This document shows, in pieces, positions 39,434-51,489 of a stretch of DNA of 64,000 nt. The translations under genes were made by a program, and so were the position numbers. Origin of the DNA: Narcine bancroftii. Lineage: Eukaryota. Numbering within the stretch: the first letter of the stretch is position 1; every line of letters starts with the position of its first letter. The stretch covers positions 46,624,001-46,688,000 of the forward strand of contig NC_091475.1 in assembly GCF_036971445.1 (NCBI RefSeq). The letters are read 5' to 3'. A model generated the notes under the pieces. That model had not been told where the DNA came from, did no database searches, and was given only the letters and a program-made list of their open reading frames with translations.

Positions 39434-42400
39434 TTCACCCCTTCTTTGAGAACTGACCCCAGGGTGGATGGAGGTCTGTTAAAAAAAAAAGAAAATAAAA
39501 GGCCCGGTGGAGGTTAGGGGCTGTACCAGTCAAGGGGCCTGATCATCTGGCGTGACCGCCGTGGTGCTGGGATTGGGGTCGCTGGAGACATGTCGCCGGC
39601 TGTCTCGTTGGGTGCGGCCACTGCTTCGCTCAATTCCCCAATGGCGTTGTCGACAGTCTGGCCTGAGCTGGTGGGGTGGTGCTGGTCCCTCTGTTTAAGC
39701 ACATGACCTGGGGGAGAAGGATTTGGGGGAGGTTGGGTTGTAAGCACTGCTGGGCCTGATCCAGCTTGGGCTAGGACCCTTACCGAAACGATGTCCTCCC
39801 ACCCGTCTGGGTACTCAATATAGACATGATGCGGGTTTGCATGGAGCAGAGTCACTCAGTCAACCAAGGGGTCGTTCTTTGAGTACCGGACATGGCGTGG
39901 CAGGAGGACCAACCTTGGGACCATATATGGTTGTTCCCGATCGGATTTCTTCGGGAAAGAGAACATCCTTTCATGGGGGGTGGCATTGGTTGCAGTGCAT
40001 AGGAGGGAGCAGATGGAGTGTAGGGCACTAGTGAGCATGTCCTGCCAGCAAGAGGTGGGGAGACCTTTGGACTGGAGGGCAAGCATAACCGCTTTCCAGA
40101 CAGAGGCATTCTCTCTTTCGACCTGCCCATTACCGCGTGGGTTATAGCTGGTGGCCCTGCTTGAAGCAATACCACACTCCAGAAGGTACTGCCACAGCTC
40201 TGCGCTCATAAACGAGGACCCCCTGTCACTGTGGATGTAACTGGGGTACCCGAAGATGGTGAAGATGCTGTGCAGGGCCTCTGGGACTGAGGAGGTGGTC
40301 ATGTCTGAGCAGGGCACAGCGAACGGGAAGCAGGAGTTCTCGTTGATGGCCGTAAGGATGTAGGTATTACAGCTGATCGATGGTAGGGGCCCCTTGAAGT
40401 CCACGCTGAGACGCTCAAAAGGGGCGGGTGGCTTTGATGGCGTGGGTGTTCTCCGGACGGAAGAAGTGGGGCTTGCACTCAGTGCACACTGGGCAGGCTT
40501 GGGTCATGGAGCGAATCTCCTTGACCGTGTAGGGCAGGTTGCGAGCTTTGACAAAGTGCGCGAACCTAGTGACCCCCGGATGACGGAGCTCCTCGTGGAG
40601 TCTCTGCAGCCTGTCTAGTTGTATGTTGGCGCAAGTCCCCCTGGAGAGCGCATCTGGTGGGTCGTTCAGTTTACCAGGCCGATACAGTATATTATAATTA
40701 AAGGTGGAAAGCTCGATTCTCTACCTGGCGATTTTGTCATTCTTGATCTTACCTCGCTGGGTATTGCTAAACATGAAGGAGACCGCGCGTTGGTCGGTCA
40801 GCAGTGAGGTAATGTCTCCAACGATGTACTGCTTCAATTATGGCCTGGGCCTCCTTCTCGACAGAGGAGTGTCGGCTCTCAGGACCCTGGAGGGTTCTGG
40901 AGAAGAAGGCTACCGGCCAGCTGGCCTGGTTCAAAGAGGCTGCCAGTGCAAAGTCGGACGCATCGCTCTCGACTTGGAACAGGATGGACTCATCGATGGC
41001 ATGCAGTGTTGCAGCGGCGATGTCCAATTTAATGCGGTCAAAGGGCATTCTGGCTTCGGTTGACAGGGGGAAGGAGGTGGTATTGATGAGTGGCCGTGTC
41101 TTGTCGGCATAGTGTGGAACCCATTGGGCGTAGTAGGAAAAAAAGCCCAGGCAGTGTCTGAGTGCCTTCTGGGTGTGGGGGGGGGGGGGGCGGGGGGAAA
41201 AAGTCCATGAGGGGACGCATGTGATCTGGGTCTGGCATTACCACCCCATTCTCCACCATGCAACCTAGAATTGTGAGCCAAGTGGTCTGGAAGACACACT
41301 TGTCAAAATTGTAGGTCAAGTTCAGCCGAATTGCAGTCTGAAAAAATTTCTCAAGGTTGGCATCGTGATCCTGGATGTCATGGCCGCAGGTGGTGACATT
41401 GTCCAGATACAGGAAGGTAGCTGTTAGCCCGTTCTGGTCCACCATCCGGTCCATTTCCCGCTGGAAGACTGCGACGCCATTTGTGACCCAAAAGGGTACC
41501 CTGAGGAATTGATACAGCCGCCATTCGCTTCGAAGGCCTTGAAAGGTGGGTCTTCTTGGTGGATCGGGAGCTGGCGATAGGCCGAACATAAGTCAATGGT
41601 GGAGAAGACGCGGTATTGGGCGATCTGATTCACCACATCTGTGATCCATGGAAGGGGGTACGCATGAAACGGTTGATTGGCTGTAGTCAACCACCATCTG
41701 CAGCTTCTCCCCATTTTTAACAACCACCACCTGGGCCCTCTAGGGACTCGAGCTAGGTTCGATAATGCCCTCGTCCAGCAGTCTGCACACCTCGCTTGTC
41801 ATAAATTCCCTGTGTTCTTAATTATATTGCCGGCTTTTGGTGGCCACAGGCTTCCAGCCAGGGGTGAGGTTTGCGAAGAGTGCTGGCAGAGCAACTTGGA
41901 GGGTGGAGAGACTACAGGTGCGGCCCCGGGGTGCGAGGGCGGGTGGCTCGGGCTGCTGCTGGCAGGAGGCTTCCAGGGTGGAGTAGTTACAGACAGAGTG
42001 GAGCGTGAGGCCCCCCAAAGTGCAGGGAAACGGTTCGAAACTGGCACTGAAAATCCAGTCCCAGCAGCACAGGGGCGCACAAATAGTTTGAAGTCTGTGA
42101 ACGTGATGCCCTGGACTTTCAGGGTCACCACGCAATACCCCTTTACCCCGATCGAGTGTGATCTGGTCACCAATGAAATCCTCTGGGCAGTGGGGATAAT
42201 AGCCAGTCCGCAACGGTGGGCCAGGTCTGGGTGGATAAAACTGTCAGTTGAGCCCGAGTCAAATAAGGAATTGGTACAGTGTCCATGCACTTCAATCAGT
42301 TCCATTGCTTTTGTAAGGGGATGGGGGCAGTCCTGGTCTAGGGTTACTGATGCAGTGACCCTACGTGATGATGTCAAGTAACGTGTGCATGGTGACATCA

Positions 42401-43574
42401 CAGAAACAGTTGGGTTGGAGCAGTCAGCGTCGAGGAGTGCCCTTGATCGGCATTGGGAGCGGGTCCCTGATTGGCAGCGGCGGTGGGTCCCTGGTCGGCA
42501 GCGTTGGTAGCGGCAGCGACGGGCTCAGCAGTGATGGCGGCAGCGGGTCTCTGGTTAGCAGTGGCCGTCGAAGTCAGGGCTGGGGCCTGGTCGGACATTG
42601 CTTCTTGAAGGATGGTGAAGCAGGGCAATGTCGTTGCGGCAAGGATGTGTTGTACCTTCCGCACTCAGCGTCTGCCCCATGACGTCAGGTGCTGCCGTGC
42701 GGTGGAGCCCTCGCTCTCATTGGAGGAGAGATCTGAGGAAGAAGGGTTTGAATGGGAGAGTGGCGGTTGGGCTTCACATGAGGCACTGTGTTTGACGGTG
42801 GCCATTTTGGAGTGACAGACTCAGCAAAGTGGCTGTTTTTAAGGCACTTCTGGCACCTGGCTTTTCTCGCCGGGCACTGGGACCTGCTGTACTTGTCCCT
42901 CCCGCAGAAATAACACTTCGGGGTCACATCGGTAGCTTAGTGGCAGCCAATAGGTCTGCTGGGGTGTAGTAGGGTTGAGGGAAGGCATCCTACTCACATC
43001 AGAGCGTAGGGTCCAGCCAGAGAGTACATGACCATACTTAAGACCACATCCTCCATTGTCTCTGCGATCCGGATCACGTCCTCTAGGTTTTCTTCCCTGT
43101 GCTCTAGCAGGCGCTGCCTCACCTCATTCAATCGAACCCCGGCCATGTAGCCATCCCGAATGAGATCGTCTGTGGTCTCCGCAGCAGTCTGTGCAGGCAC
43201 AGTCTCTGCCCATTGCCCTTAGTGCTTGAATATAAGCTCTACAAGACTTACCGGGCCGTTGCCTCCTTGTCACTAGTTTGTACCGAGCATAGATCCTGTT
43301 CACCAGTCGCTTGTAGAGCCCTTTCAGCACCTTCATGCATGTGGCGTAAGTGGTCACATCCTGGATGCCCTGGTAGACTCTCAGGGACACCATAGTCATC
43401 AGTATTAGTTGTCGATGGCTGTCCTCTATCACGGCAGGGTCAGAGAGTTGTATGTATGTTTCGAAGCATCTCACCCAGTGCTTAAAGTCATTTGAGGCTG
43501 TAGCCGACTGTGGGTCGATGTCGAGGCGTTGCAGCCATAGCTCCATCCCTTTCAAACTTTCTAGTTAATAAAAT

Positions 43575-43798
43575 TGTAGAGTGCGTCGAAAGAATCAAAG
43601 GCTTGTTGATCCAAACCAAGGCTTTTATTAACTAGAAGACTGGAGCGTATCACATGTAGGTCGACCAGTCCATAATGACCTGGTCTGGCTGGGAGGAACC
43701 CTTTAAGACCTGCCAGTAGGCGTGGCTATGCTCTCAGCCAATCACAGTCATCCTGCACTACAATCTATACATATACTCATTGGTGATAGAATCTGTAC
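43575..43798 (-). repeat. 5' LTR of the Gypsy element (outer end slightly truncated)
   Basis: Direct repeat of 39193-39433; AATAAA and TATA-like TCTTAAAG on the element sense strand. Confidence 0.9.
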
Positions 43799-43877
43799 AA
43801 GGTGAAATCAAAGTTTTTACTCTGTACGCAACAACTGTGGCCTGTGATTTCAGAACAAGTAAACAAAGGAAAAATCC

Positions 43878-44070
43878 TTAAATTTTAAATTTAAATTTTA
43901 GTTGAGTCTGAGCCACCCAATTACACCCAATTAACCTACAGCCCCCAGCACATTTTGAGGAAACCAGGGCACCCACACAGGGATGGGGAGAGCGTGCAAA
44001 CTCCTTACAGACAGTGTGGGATTTAAACCCCAGACCTGATAGCTGTTGCTGTAATAGCATTGTGCTGCCC
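43878..44070 (-). mobile_element. HE1/V-SINE-like SINE
   Basis: Same core; (TTTAAA)n tail. Confidence 0.75.
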
Positions 44071-44399
44071 TCTTATTGAACATGTACACATACATATTAC
44101 AAAAAAAATTCTTAGAGCGCATTGAGTCATGAGGGTACCATAAGCATAAAACTGAGGATGTAAAAACTTAATAAAAATAATTTTAAAATAATTCTTATAA
44201 AATGAATATCTTAGAGAGATCCTTGAGCTTAATATTCCTTTACAAGTTTTTTTGATGTCAGGCTCCATATTGAATAGTGAAGGTCACCTTTTGTGATATC
44301 AAGTCTTTTCCTGGATTTCGCCAAGTAACTACCTTGCTGAATACACATCCAACTACCATTCATTCTTGTGCAACAGTTTACCCCTCCCCTCCATTTTTG

Positions 44400-44756
44400 G
44401 CCCAAAAATCAGGTGTTTTTGTATGACCCATGTAAAAGTTAACTCCACCCCCGGCCATCTGCCATCCGAACTCCATTTGCCCTGTCCATCAGCACTCCCA
44501 ACTATGGATCCTCGCCCCAGCCACCCACCCAACTGAATTCCCAATGCTCCAACTGCCCACGCATCCAAGCTCCTGACTGCTAATCCTCGCACCAATGCCT
44601 GTCCATCTGAACTCATCGCCCCGGCCACTCACCTGTCCGAGCTCTCCAAGCCTTGAATGACGCTGGTACTTCACGAGGTCAAAAGTTTGACCGTGTAAAG
44701 TGGCCCAGAAAAAGTGGCCAAAAAAAATTTGACGATTACATGTGAATATATGGTAA
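44400..44756. mobile_element. Old Tc1/pogo-like non-autonomous element
   Basis: End resembles TACA.G.GAATATA.GGTA; C-rich internal repeats; class inferred. Confidence 0.4.
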
Positions 44757-44878
44757 GTTCGTTGAAGGAAAGGCAATGAAAAATATTTCAGCCTTTTCCC
44801 AAAGTTTTGGAAATATATTCTTAACCCAAAAGTTTCTTTTTAAATGATTGAACTTATGTTGTGCAATTAGATCACTTT

Positions 44879-45796
44879 TAAAAAATTTTTTTTATTTTTC
44901 TCACTATGAACCATCCTGACCAAAATACACATAAACATTTCCCTTTTGAATGTACACTGTCATTTTCTCCCCTTTCCCCCCCCTCCCCACCCATTCAACA
45001 TTCAACATATATGATACATTAAACCACACATGTCAAACTCAGGCCCACGGGCCAAATTTGGCCTGTGATATAATTATATTTGGCCCGCAAAATCATATCA
45101 AATATGTATTAGACCTGACCCGCTGGCCGCCGCACCAGTATAACGCATGCACAGCTAATACTACAAATCCCAGAATGCTTTGCAAATGCATTGGCGCCGA
45201 CCCGTCAGCCCGCTAATCGCCCCCACCTCCTCTCTTTACTTTCATTAGCATCTGTGACCTGTCGCCCAACTCACACGTAATAAACCCCTTACGGAAAATG
45301 GCCAAACGAAAGACAGAAAACAGGACCTTTCAACACAGGTGGGAGGAAAACTCTATGTTCATCATTTTAAAAGACAAACCTGTTTGTCATTGAAGCAAGT
45401 TGTTATTTTTTTGACTTGTTGGCTTGTGAAAAAAAATACATTTAAAAGGAGCTTAAACACTATAGAGAAATATTATTTATTGAATATTTTATTTCTCATT
45501 TGTTAATGCTTCTTCTGGAAAGAGTTTAACCAAAACTATTATTAAACATTTATTTTAATAAGAAAAAGTTTAACATTACATATGTTGAAAACATGCAGAT
45601 GTTGTTGAAAATTTTCAATAAATATTTAGTTTGGCCCACGACTAAGTCCAAGTTTTTAATTTTGGCCCTCTGTGAATTTGAGTTTGACACCCATGCATTA
45701 AACCCATTAAACAATGTAATCACACAATTAATATAAACAAGAAATTTGTGTCTTCTACTTTTACACACTGGGTCAGTTCATTTCGTCTTCTCCTTC
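44879..45796 (-). mobile_element. Short L1-like 3' fragment with 19-bp TSD, interrupted by a hAT element
   Basis: TSD TGTGCAATTAGATCACTTT at 44860-44878 and 45797-45815; T-run (minus-strand poly A) at the left end. Confidence 0.75.
45025..45695 (+). mobile_element. Non-autonomous hAT (Charlie/SPIN-like) element
   Basis: TIR core TGTCAAACTC / GAGTTTGACA; perfect 8-bp TSD CATTAAAC; retains transposase N-terminus MAKRKTENRTFQHRWEENSMFIILKDKPVC (~45298-45390). Confidence 0.88.
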
Positions 45797-45829
45797 TGTG
45801 CAATTAGATCACTTTGAAGATCAATCAGT

Positions 45830-46330
45830 CTCTTGAAATTTGGCATTAATGTTGGTGGATTCTTCCTTAAATGGATCTAATATCCAACTGGGGTTTAACA
45901 GGTCATTAAATCTTTCCTGCAGATGTGTATGTATTTACTTTAGGTGTTTCACATAAATAGTAATGTCATGGTCCTTCAGTGCTTCTGCATTCGTGTTCAG
46001 ATTTGGAAATTGTAAAAATTACCAACATCTAATATTGCTCCAATAGACCAAACTTTTTAATGAAAGGAACAATGACTTCCTTACTATCAATGACGTTATT
46101 GTATTTACCTTGTAGGGTCTTGTTCAATAAATTGAGTTTGTCACGGATATCTGCTTGATAAAATATGTCCACCTTTGCATCATCGAGTTTTTCTCCATGC
46201 TCTTTTTGAGAAAGTAAGGAAACAATCGTGTCCCAGAGTTAAATAAAATGAAGACAAATTCCTTTGGACGCCACCTCAACACAGTATGCAGCAGGCAGCA
46301 TCTGGAAATGCTCTTCATTTTCTTCATACA
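45830..46330 (-). mobile_element. hAT (Charlie/Buster-type) transposase remnant
   Basis: Frameshifted LLHTVLRW..SKG.CL..LWDTIVS..DIFYQADI.DKLNLLNKTLQGK. Confidence 0.75.
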
Positions 46331-46519
46331 GCTGCTGGGATAGACGGTTTCAAAGGGGATGAGTTTTTTAAAGTTTCCCAGTCCTCTGTTTTTGCTTCCT
46401 TGTTTGCCTTCCCTTTTGCTTTTATTTTAGCCTTAACCTCTCTTGTTAGCCATATTTGTGCGATTTTTCCATTCATAATTTTCCTTTTTCTCAGAATATA
46501 TCTATCCTGCACTTTCTTT

Positions 46520-47390
46520 ATTTGAAATTCCATACATGAAATAATCATAATCAATATAATGGTAACATTAAAGTTATATACATGATGGTTTTCACCCCCA
46601 TCCCATAACCCCCACCCTCCCAACTTCCCCCTTCAGAAGTTTATATAAAATGTATAAGTTTTTGGATTGCAGAGAGAGGTATCATCCAGAACATATCTCC
46701 CAATTCTTCATAAACACCCAGAGGAGAATCTCGTAGGTCTAGAGGTATAGAAAAGATGCCATTACATATTTAATCCCACTATTTGGACGTACAGGCGCCA
46801 AATTTGCAAAAACATAGAGTACTTATTCCTCAAGTTGTATGTAATTTTTTTTCCCAAAGGTATACAACTTTGAATTTCTGCATGTCACCTTGGCATACAC
46901 AAAAATATATCAGATGTTCAAGTAACTGCAATGCAATTCCTCATTACTGCTAAGGCTAATTAAAAAAAATTCAATTGATAACTTAATAGTTTTAATGTGG
47001 GTCTTGTACCTGCAATATTTCCAAACAAAAGGACTTTGTGGAAAGGCAATTCCTGTAACTTGTTCCAAAAAAAAATTCTGTAAATCTGCCCAAAGGGCCT
47101 TACATTGGGACAGGACCAAATTGAATGTGTATAAATTATCCCACATCTTCACCACACCTAAAACATTGATCTCATAAATCTGATTTTAATCTATTCATCT
47201 TCTGTGGAGTAAGATATAAATGATGTAGAAATTTATATTGGACTAATCTATATCTTACATTAATAGTATTAGACATAGAATCCTGACATAAATGTTCCCA
47301 TATTTGTTCAATTGTAATATTTAGGTCTGTTTCCTATCTCTGTCTAGATCTATGAAGTCCTTGCTTGGGAGTTCCTGCTTGTCATAAAGA
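46520..47390 (-). mobile_element. L1-like LINE 3' fragment
   Basis: Degenerate L1 C-terminal region and C-rich 3'UTR tract. Confidence 0.55.
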
Positions 47391-47679
47391 ACCTTGGTCA
47401 TATCCTTAATACAGAGAAGCCTTTATTCCCAGCATCTGAACCCAAAAACCAACTTCCATGCAGGGAAATATTCCAGGAGAGAGTTCAGTGAGGTATACCT
47501 ATATGGAGGTGCTTGCTGTACAATTCTAATGACCAGACAGGAGGGTGTGCGACAACAGACTTTACAGTACCATAGGAAGTTGTGGCATCGGAGGAGGTAA
47601 TGGGATCCAGGGACACTTGATGTCTCTGAAGGGACTCTCTCTTGCTTCTTTTTCTTGATGCGCCTCTTTTCCTTTACAA

Positions 47680-48110
47680 CTGAGATTTCAGATTTCTTGT
47701 CAGAGTACAACCCCAACATTAGTTTTCCTGCACGCAAGGTAGCTTTACACTTAATAGTAGTGCAAAAACAAAACTGCACCTAACATACACGTGTAAACAA
47801 TTAAAGAAATGTAGATGAACTGACTGTGCAATACAGATAAAATAAAATCAATAAAGTGGAAAAGTAAGAGTCCTTAAATGAGTTCCTGGTTGTTTGTTGT
47901 TGAGGAGTCTGATGGTTAGGGGTAGCAGCTGTTCCTGAACCTGGTAATCAGAGTCATGGACACCTTCATTTCTTTCCTGTTGATAGCAGTGAGAATAGAG
48001 TGTGTGCTAGGTAATGTGCATTCTTGATGATTGGCGTTGCTCTCCGATGGCAGTGTTCCATGTAAGATGTTCTCGATGGTGGGGAAGGTTTTGCCTCTGA
48101 TGTCCACTAT
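47680..48110 (-). mobile_element. Rex1/Babar-like 3' end
   Basis: Close similarity to 24680-25270 (TRFRNSCYP and 3'UTR). Confidence 0.7.
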
Positions 48111-50279
48111 CTCTTTGCAAACAAAGGAAAACAAATGTTATGTGGTGAATTTTGCATGTATGATCATAAAGGAACCTTGAACCGTGAAACACTGCCTGAC
48201 TACAGTGGTGTCTGTGGGTAGATGATGAATGTAGATAGTTGAGATTAACAGGATGCTGCAATGATCAAGTGGTCAATTAAAAACTCCAAGTGGAGGCCAC
48301 ATGTAAAGCAAAACTGGCTATTACCTGGGTGAAAGAAAATGCAATTCCAACCTACCTTCTAGAACGTGCAAGAGTATTATTTTTGCATTGTCACCATGTG
48401 AAGAATCATGCAGACTTACAGAAGACTGCAGATGCTGGTATATCTGAGGTGAAATGCCATCAGCATCATTGGGAGAAAAACAATGGTTAATGTTCAGTCC
48501 AGAACGTCAATTATTCCTTTTCTCCCATCGATGCTGCCTGACCTGCTTTGTTCCTCTAGTAGATTATGTTTAGTTATGTGAAGAAATAGGTTTGTGCCCT
48601 TTGAGGATCAAAACTCAAAGGGAAGCTTTAATGTCAGGGAGAAAATGCTTTCATTTTGATCCAATATATTCACAGTGGATACATTTTTTTTATCGATACA
48701 CCTGAATCCCTTTTTCCCTCAATATTAAAATAATAACACAATGGACATAATAAAACACAGCTGCAGCCAAGGCACTAACAACAATTTGGTCACAATAAGG
48801 CATTATAAAACAGGAAAGTTGAGCCCTGGGTGAAGACATGAAGTCATGCCTCTTACACAGCACCTTTGACCCTTTTCTGAAGAAAGTTACTGTCCTGTCT
48901 TGTTTCTGATTCTGTTGTCTAACATGTGAGGAACAAAGCAACAACTTAACCAATGGTTTCTTCGCTTCTCCAGTATATCTTAAAGGCATTCAGGAAATGT
49001 AGAGAAATGGGAATTAAAAAAAAACTTCTCATCTCCAAATAAAATATTTTACAAGTGACCTTCAGAGGAGTATCTTTTCATGTCAGAGGTTCACAGCAGT
49101 TCAGATGAAAGAGATTTTAATCTGAGGGTGAAGTAGTACAAATGTTGACTCAGATCTGAAGACTTGTAATTCTGATAATATGTTGAAGAGAAAGCATTGG
49201 ATACACAGTAAGATATTCCACTTTCAAGAGGCACTCACGTACCCACTGCCCACTCACTGGGGCCCAACTTAGATATGCTAAGTTGGCTCCAGACCTCATC
49301 ACAGTCTTGGTCCAATCATGGATCAAAGAGATCAATTCCAGAGGTGAGGTCATCGATGACTGATGACAGCACAGCATCCTGCTAAAACTGGTGTTTGGGC
49401 ATCTGAGGGAAAACACTCCAGTAGTTGGAGTCCTGCCTCTCACAATGGAAGATGATTGTGGTCGTCAGCCACAGGACATCAGGGAAGTGTCCTCGGCCTA
49501 AACGTTGGCAGGGCTTTTGCATGAGCTGCCCTGGTCCTACTGAATATTTCTGGCATTTTCACTATTTTTGCTGCTTAGTTGTATTTCATTTTGGACAAAG
49601 AAAAGCAAAGAAACCTATGGTTTATTTTGGGAGTCATTAGCTGCACATATTCTTATTATCCTGATGGGTCAATGGATACTTTTGATAAGAAACATGAATG
49701 GCATGATGGTGCAGCTGGTGGAGGTGTTGCCCAGTCTGTCCAGAGGCCTGGGTTTGATCCAAGGAACAGAACTTCATCTTCTGTCTGCACACACTATTGA
49801 ATTCATCTGTTCCAGGAAAATTGCTCTCTGAATTATTATCTGGATTAGGCAATTCTGCCCTTTCTCGTCCATCTGTAATATTGGCACACTCTCCCAATTA
49901 GCATGGCCTGACATGTGTAGCATTCTCTATGGTTTTGAATTTCATGGTTTTTATATTCCTTTGCTTGTATTTTCTTTCTTTAACTGTACATGTTTTATTG
50001 TTTTATTGTTCACATTATTGCTCTTTAACTACTTTAACTGATCCATTAACCAGATTGTATCTATAGCAGCCTATTCCCATTGAAAACTTATCTGAGATAT
50101 AATAAAACACTGATAATCTACCACCTTGTTGCTCAGAATTAAGAACATAAGAAATATGAGCAGGAGGAGGCCATCTAGCCCATCAAGATTACTCTGCCAT
50201 TCAATAAGATCATGGCTCTGATTAAAGGCTTCACCTACCTGTCTTTTTCCCAGATCCCACGTGTCCACGTCGCCCAAAC

Positions 50280-50450
50280 ATACCTATGTGAGCAATTAGC
50301 CTTCTTGCCCCATATGTTGATGGAACATGAGCATCTGGAAGAAACCTATGGGAGAATGTACAAACTCCTTACAGACAGTGGTGAATTTGAACCAAGGTCA
50401 CTGGCACTGTCATTGTCTTGCACTAACTGCTACACTAACCATGCCACCCT
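50280..50450 (-). mobile_element. HE1/V-SINE-like SINE fragment
   Basis: GGGAGAATGTACAAACTCCTTACAGACAG core. Confidence 0.7.
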
Positions 50451-51001
50451 TCTTAATACCAGTCTTCAGTTTACTTTTTTTTAGGATGTTAACATTTTAC
50501 ACCGGAAAATACATTTCACTAAAGCAAGTTCCTTCAATCTGACACTTTATTTTCATGTGGAAGCAATTTACAAGTTGAACTGCACTAGTTGGCTCTGCTC
50601 GGATTTTTGGGGAAGATATCTTCCATCCATCTGCTCTTCCAAATGTGACCACTGTGGAGGGAAGGGGTTGGTCATTATTTTTGTGATGGGGAGGTTGCAA
50701 ATGTGGGGGGTATGAGATGGCTGAGATGGGATGGGGGGGGGGGGGGGAAGAACCCCTTGTGTCCAGAAAAAAGTCACCTAGAGATGCAAGAGCTCATGGC
50801 TTTAGGAGAAAGATTTTGGGGAAAGTTTACAGGTTAGGGGAACCTGAGGGGTATGTGGGAGGATAAAACAGGATGAGTGTAGGATTCATGTACTTTGCTG
50901 TTTAATGCTCAGCACAGTCTTGGTAGACCATGGGGCCCTGTTCCTGTGCTATATGAGTCCCCCAGAACCTTTCAGAATCAACCACTTTCATGGTATTCAG
51001 A

Positions 51002-51200
51002 GGCTTTGATAGCTCAATGGTTAGAGCACTGACCTTATAAACCAGGGGTCACAAGTTCATCCTCACTGGGTCCTCATTTCTGTGAGGGGCACTTGACAAA
51101 GTGGTGACTCTCTGTCTTCCTTACACTCGACAAAGTTAAAGAATTTCAAGTATGTTCCATTCTGAATATAGTATTACGCTTCAATAATGGAACCTTTACT
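51002..51200 (+). mobile_element. tRNA(Thr)-derived SINE or tRNA pseudogene head (51002-51074) with tail
   Basis: GGCTTTGATAGCTCAATGGTTAGAGCACTGACCTTATAAACCAGGGGTCACAAGTTCATCCTCACTGGGTCCT resembles tRNA-Thr(TGT); A and B boxes present but stems and anticodon are mutated; no T-run terminator. Confidence 0.7.
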
Positions 51201-51489
51201 AGATGTGTTCAAAGGAGCATCAGCAGTGAAGTTAAAATGTGAAACTTTGCACTGATGGTGTCCTCTGACAAGACACTTGGATGGAAAACATCAACAAGTT
51301 TGCAGATGTATCAAGGAATTAATAAATTACAGAAAATGCTTGATTTTAATTGCAAAGAGTTAATTTTAGCCATAGTATCATACAGCAAAGGAACAGGTGC
51401 TTAGACGCACTGTGTTAAAGCCACCTGAGACAGAGCTATACTAACTCTACCCTCTCAGGTCTGCTTCAGCATTCCCCTGTTGGGATCGA

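Larger units (their letters stand above)
39193..43798 (-). mobile_element. Decayed near-full-length Ty3/Gypsy LTR retrotransposon
   Basis: Direct-repeat LTRs at 39193-39433 and 43575-~43798; PPT AAAGAAGGGGTGAA next to the 3' LTR. Frameshifted gag (CYFCG..CPA..CQKC..HFA), protease (LFDSGS), RT (IDLCSAYRQ, YLDNV), RNase H (ESDASDFAL, EKEAQAI) and integrase (DFKG, HSDRGSSF, NGQVER) in Gypsy order. Confidence 0.95.

Noticed and set aside
39514-43555. Domesticated gag or integrase gene
   Set aside because: All Gypsy ORFs are broken by stops and frameshifts; no domain is selectively preserved.
46110-46303. Host exon with AG/GT boundaries
   Set aside because: Translation matches hAT transposase motifs that continue past the apparent donor; stops and frameshifts are present.
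51002-51074. Functional tRNA gene
   Set aside because: Mismatched stems, mutated anticodon loop and T-loop, and no oligo-T terminator.
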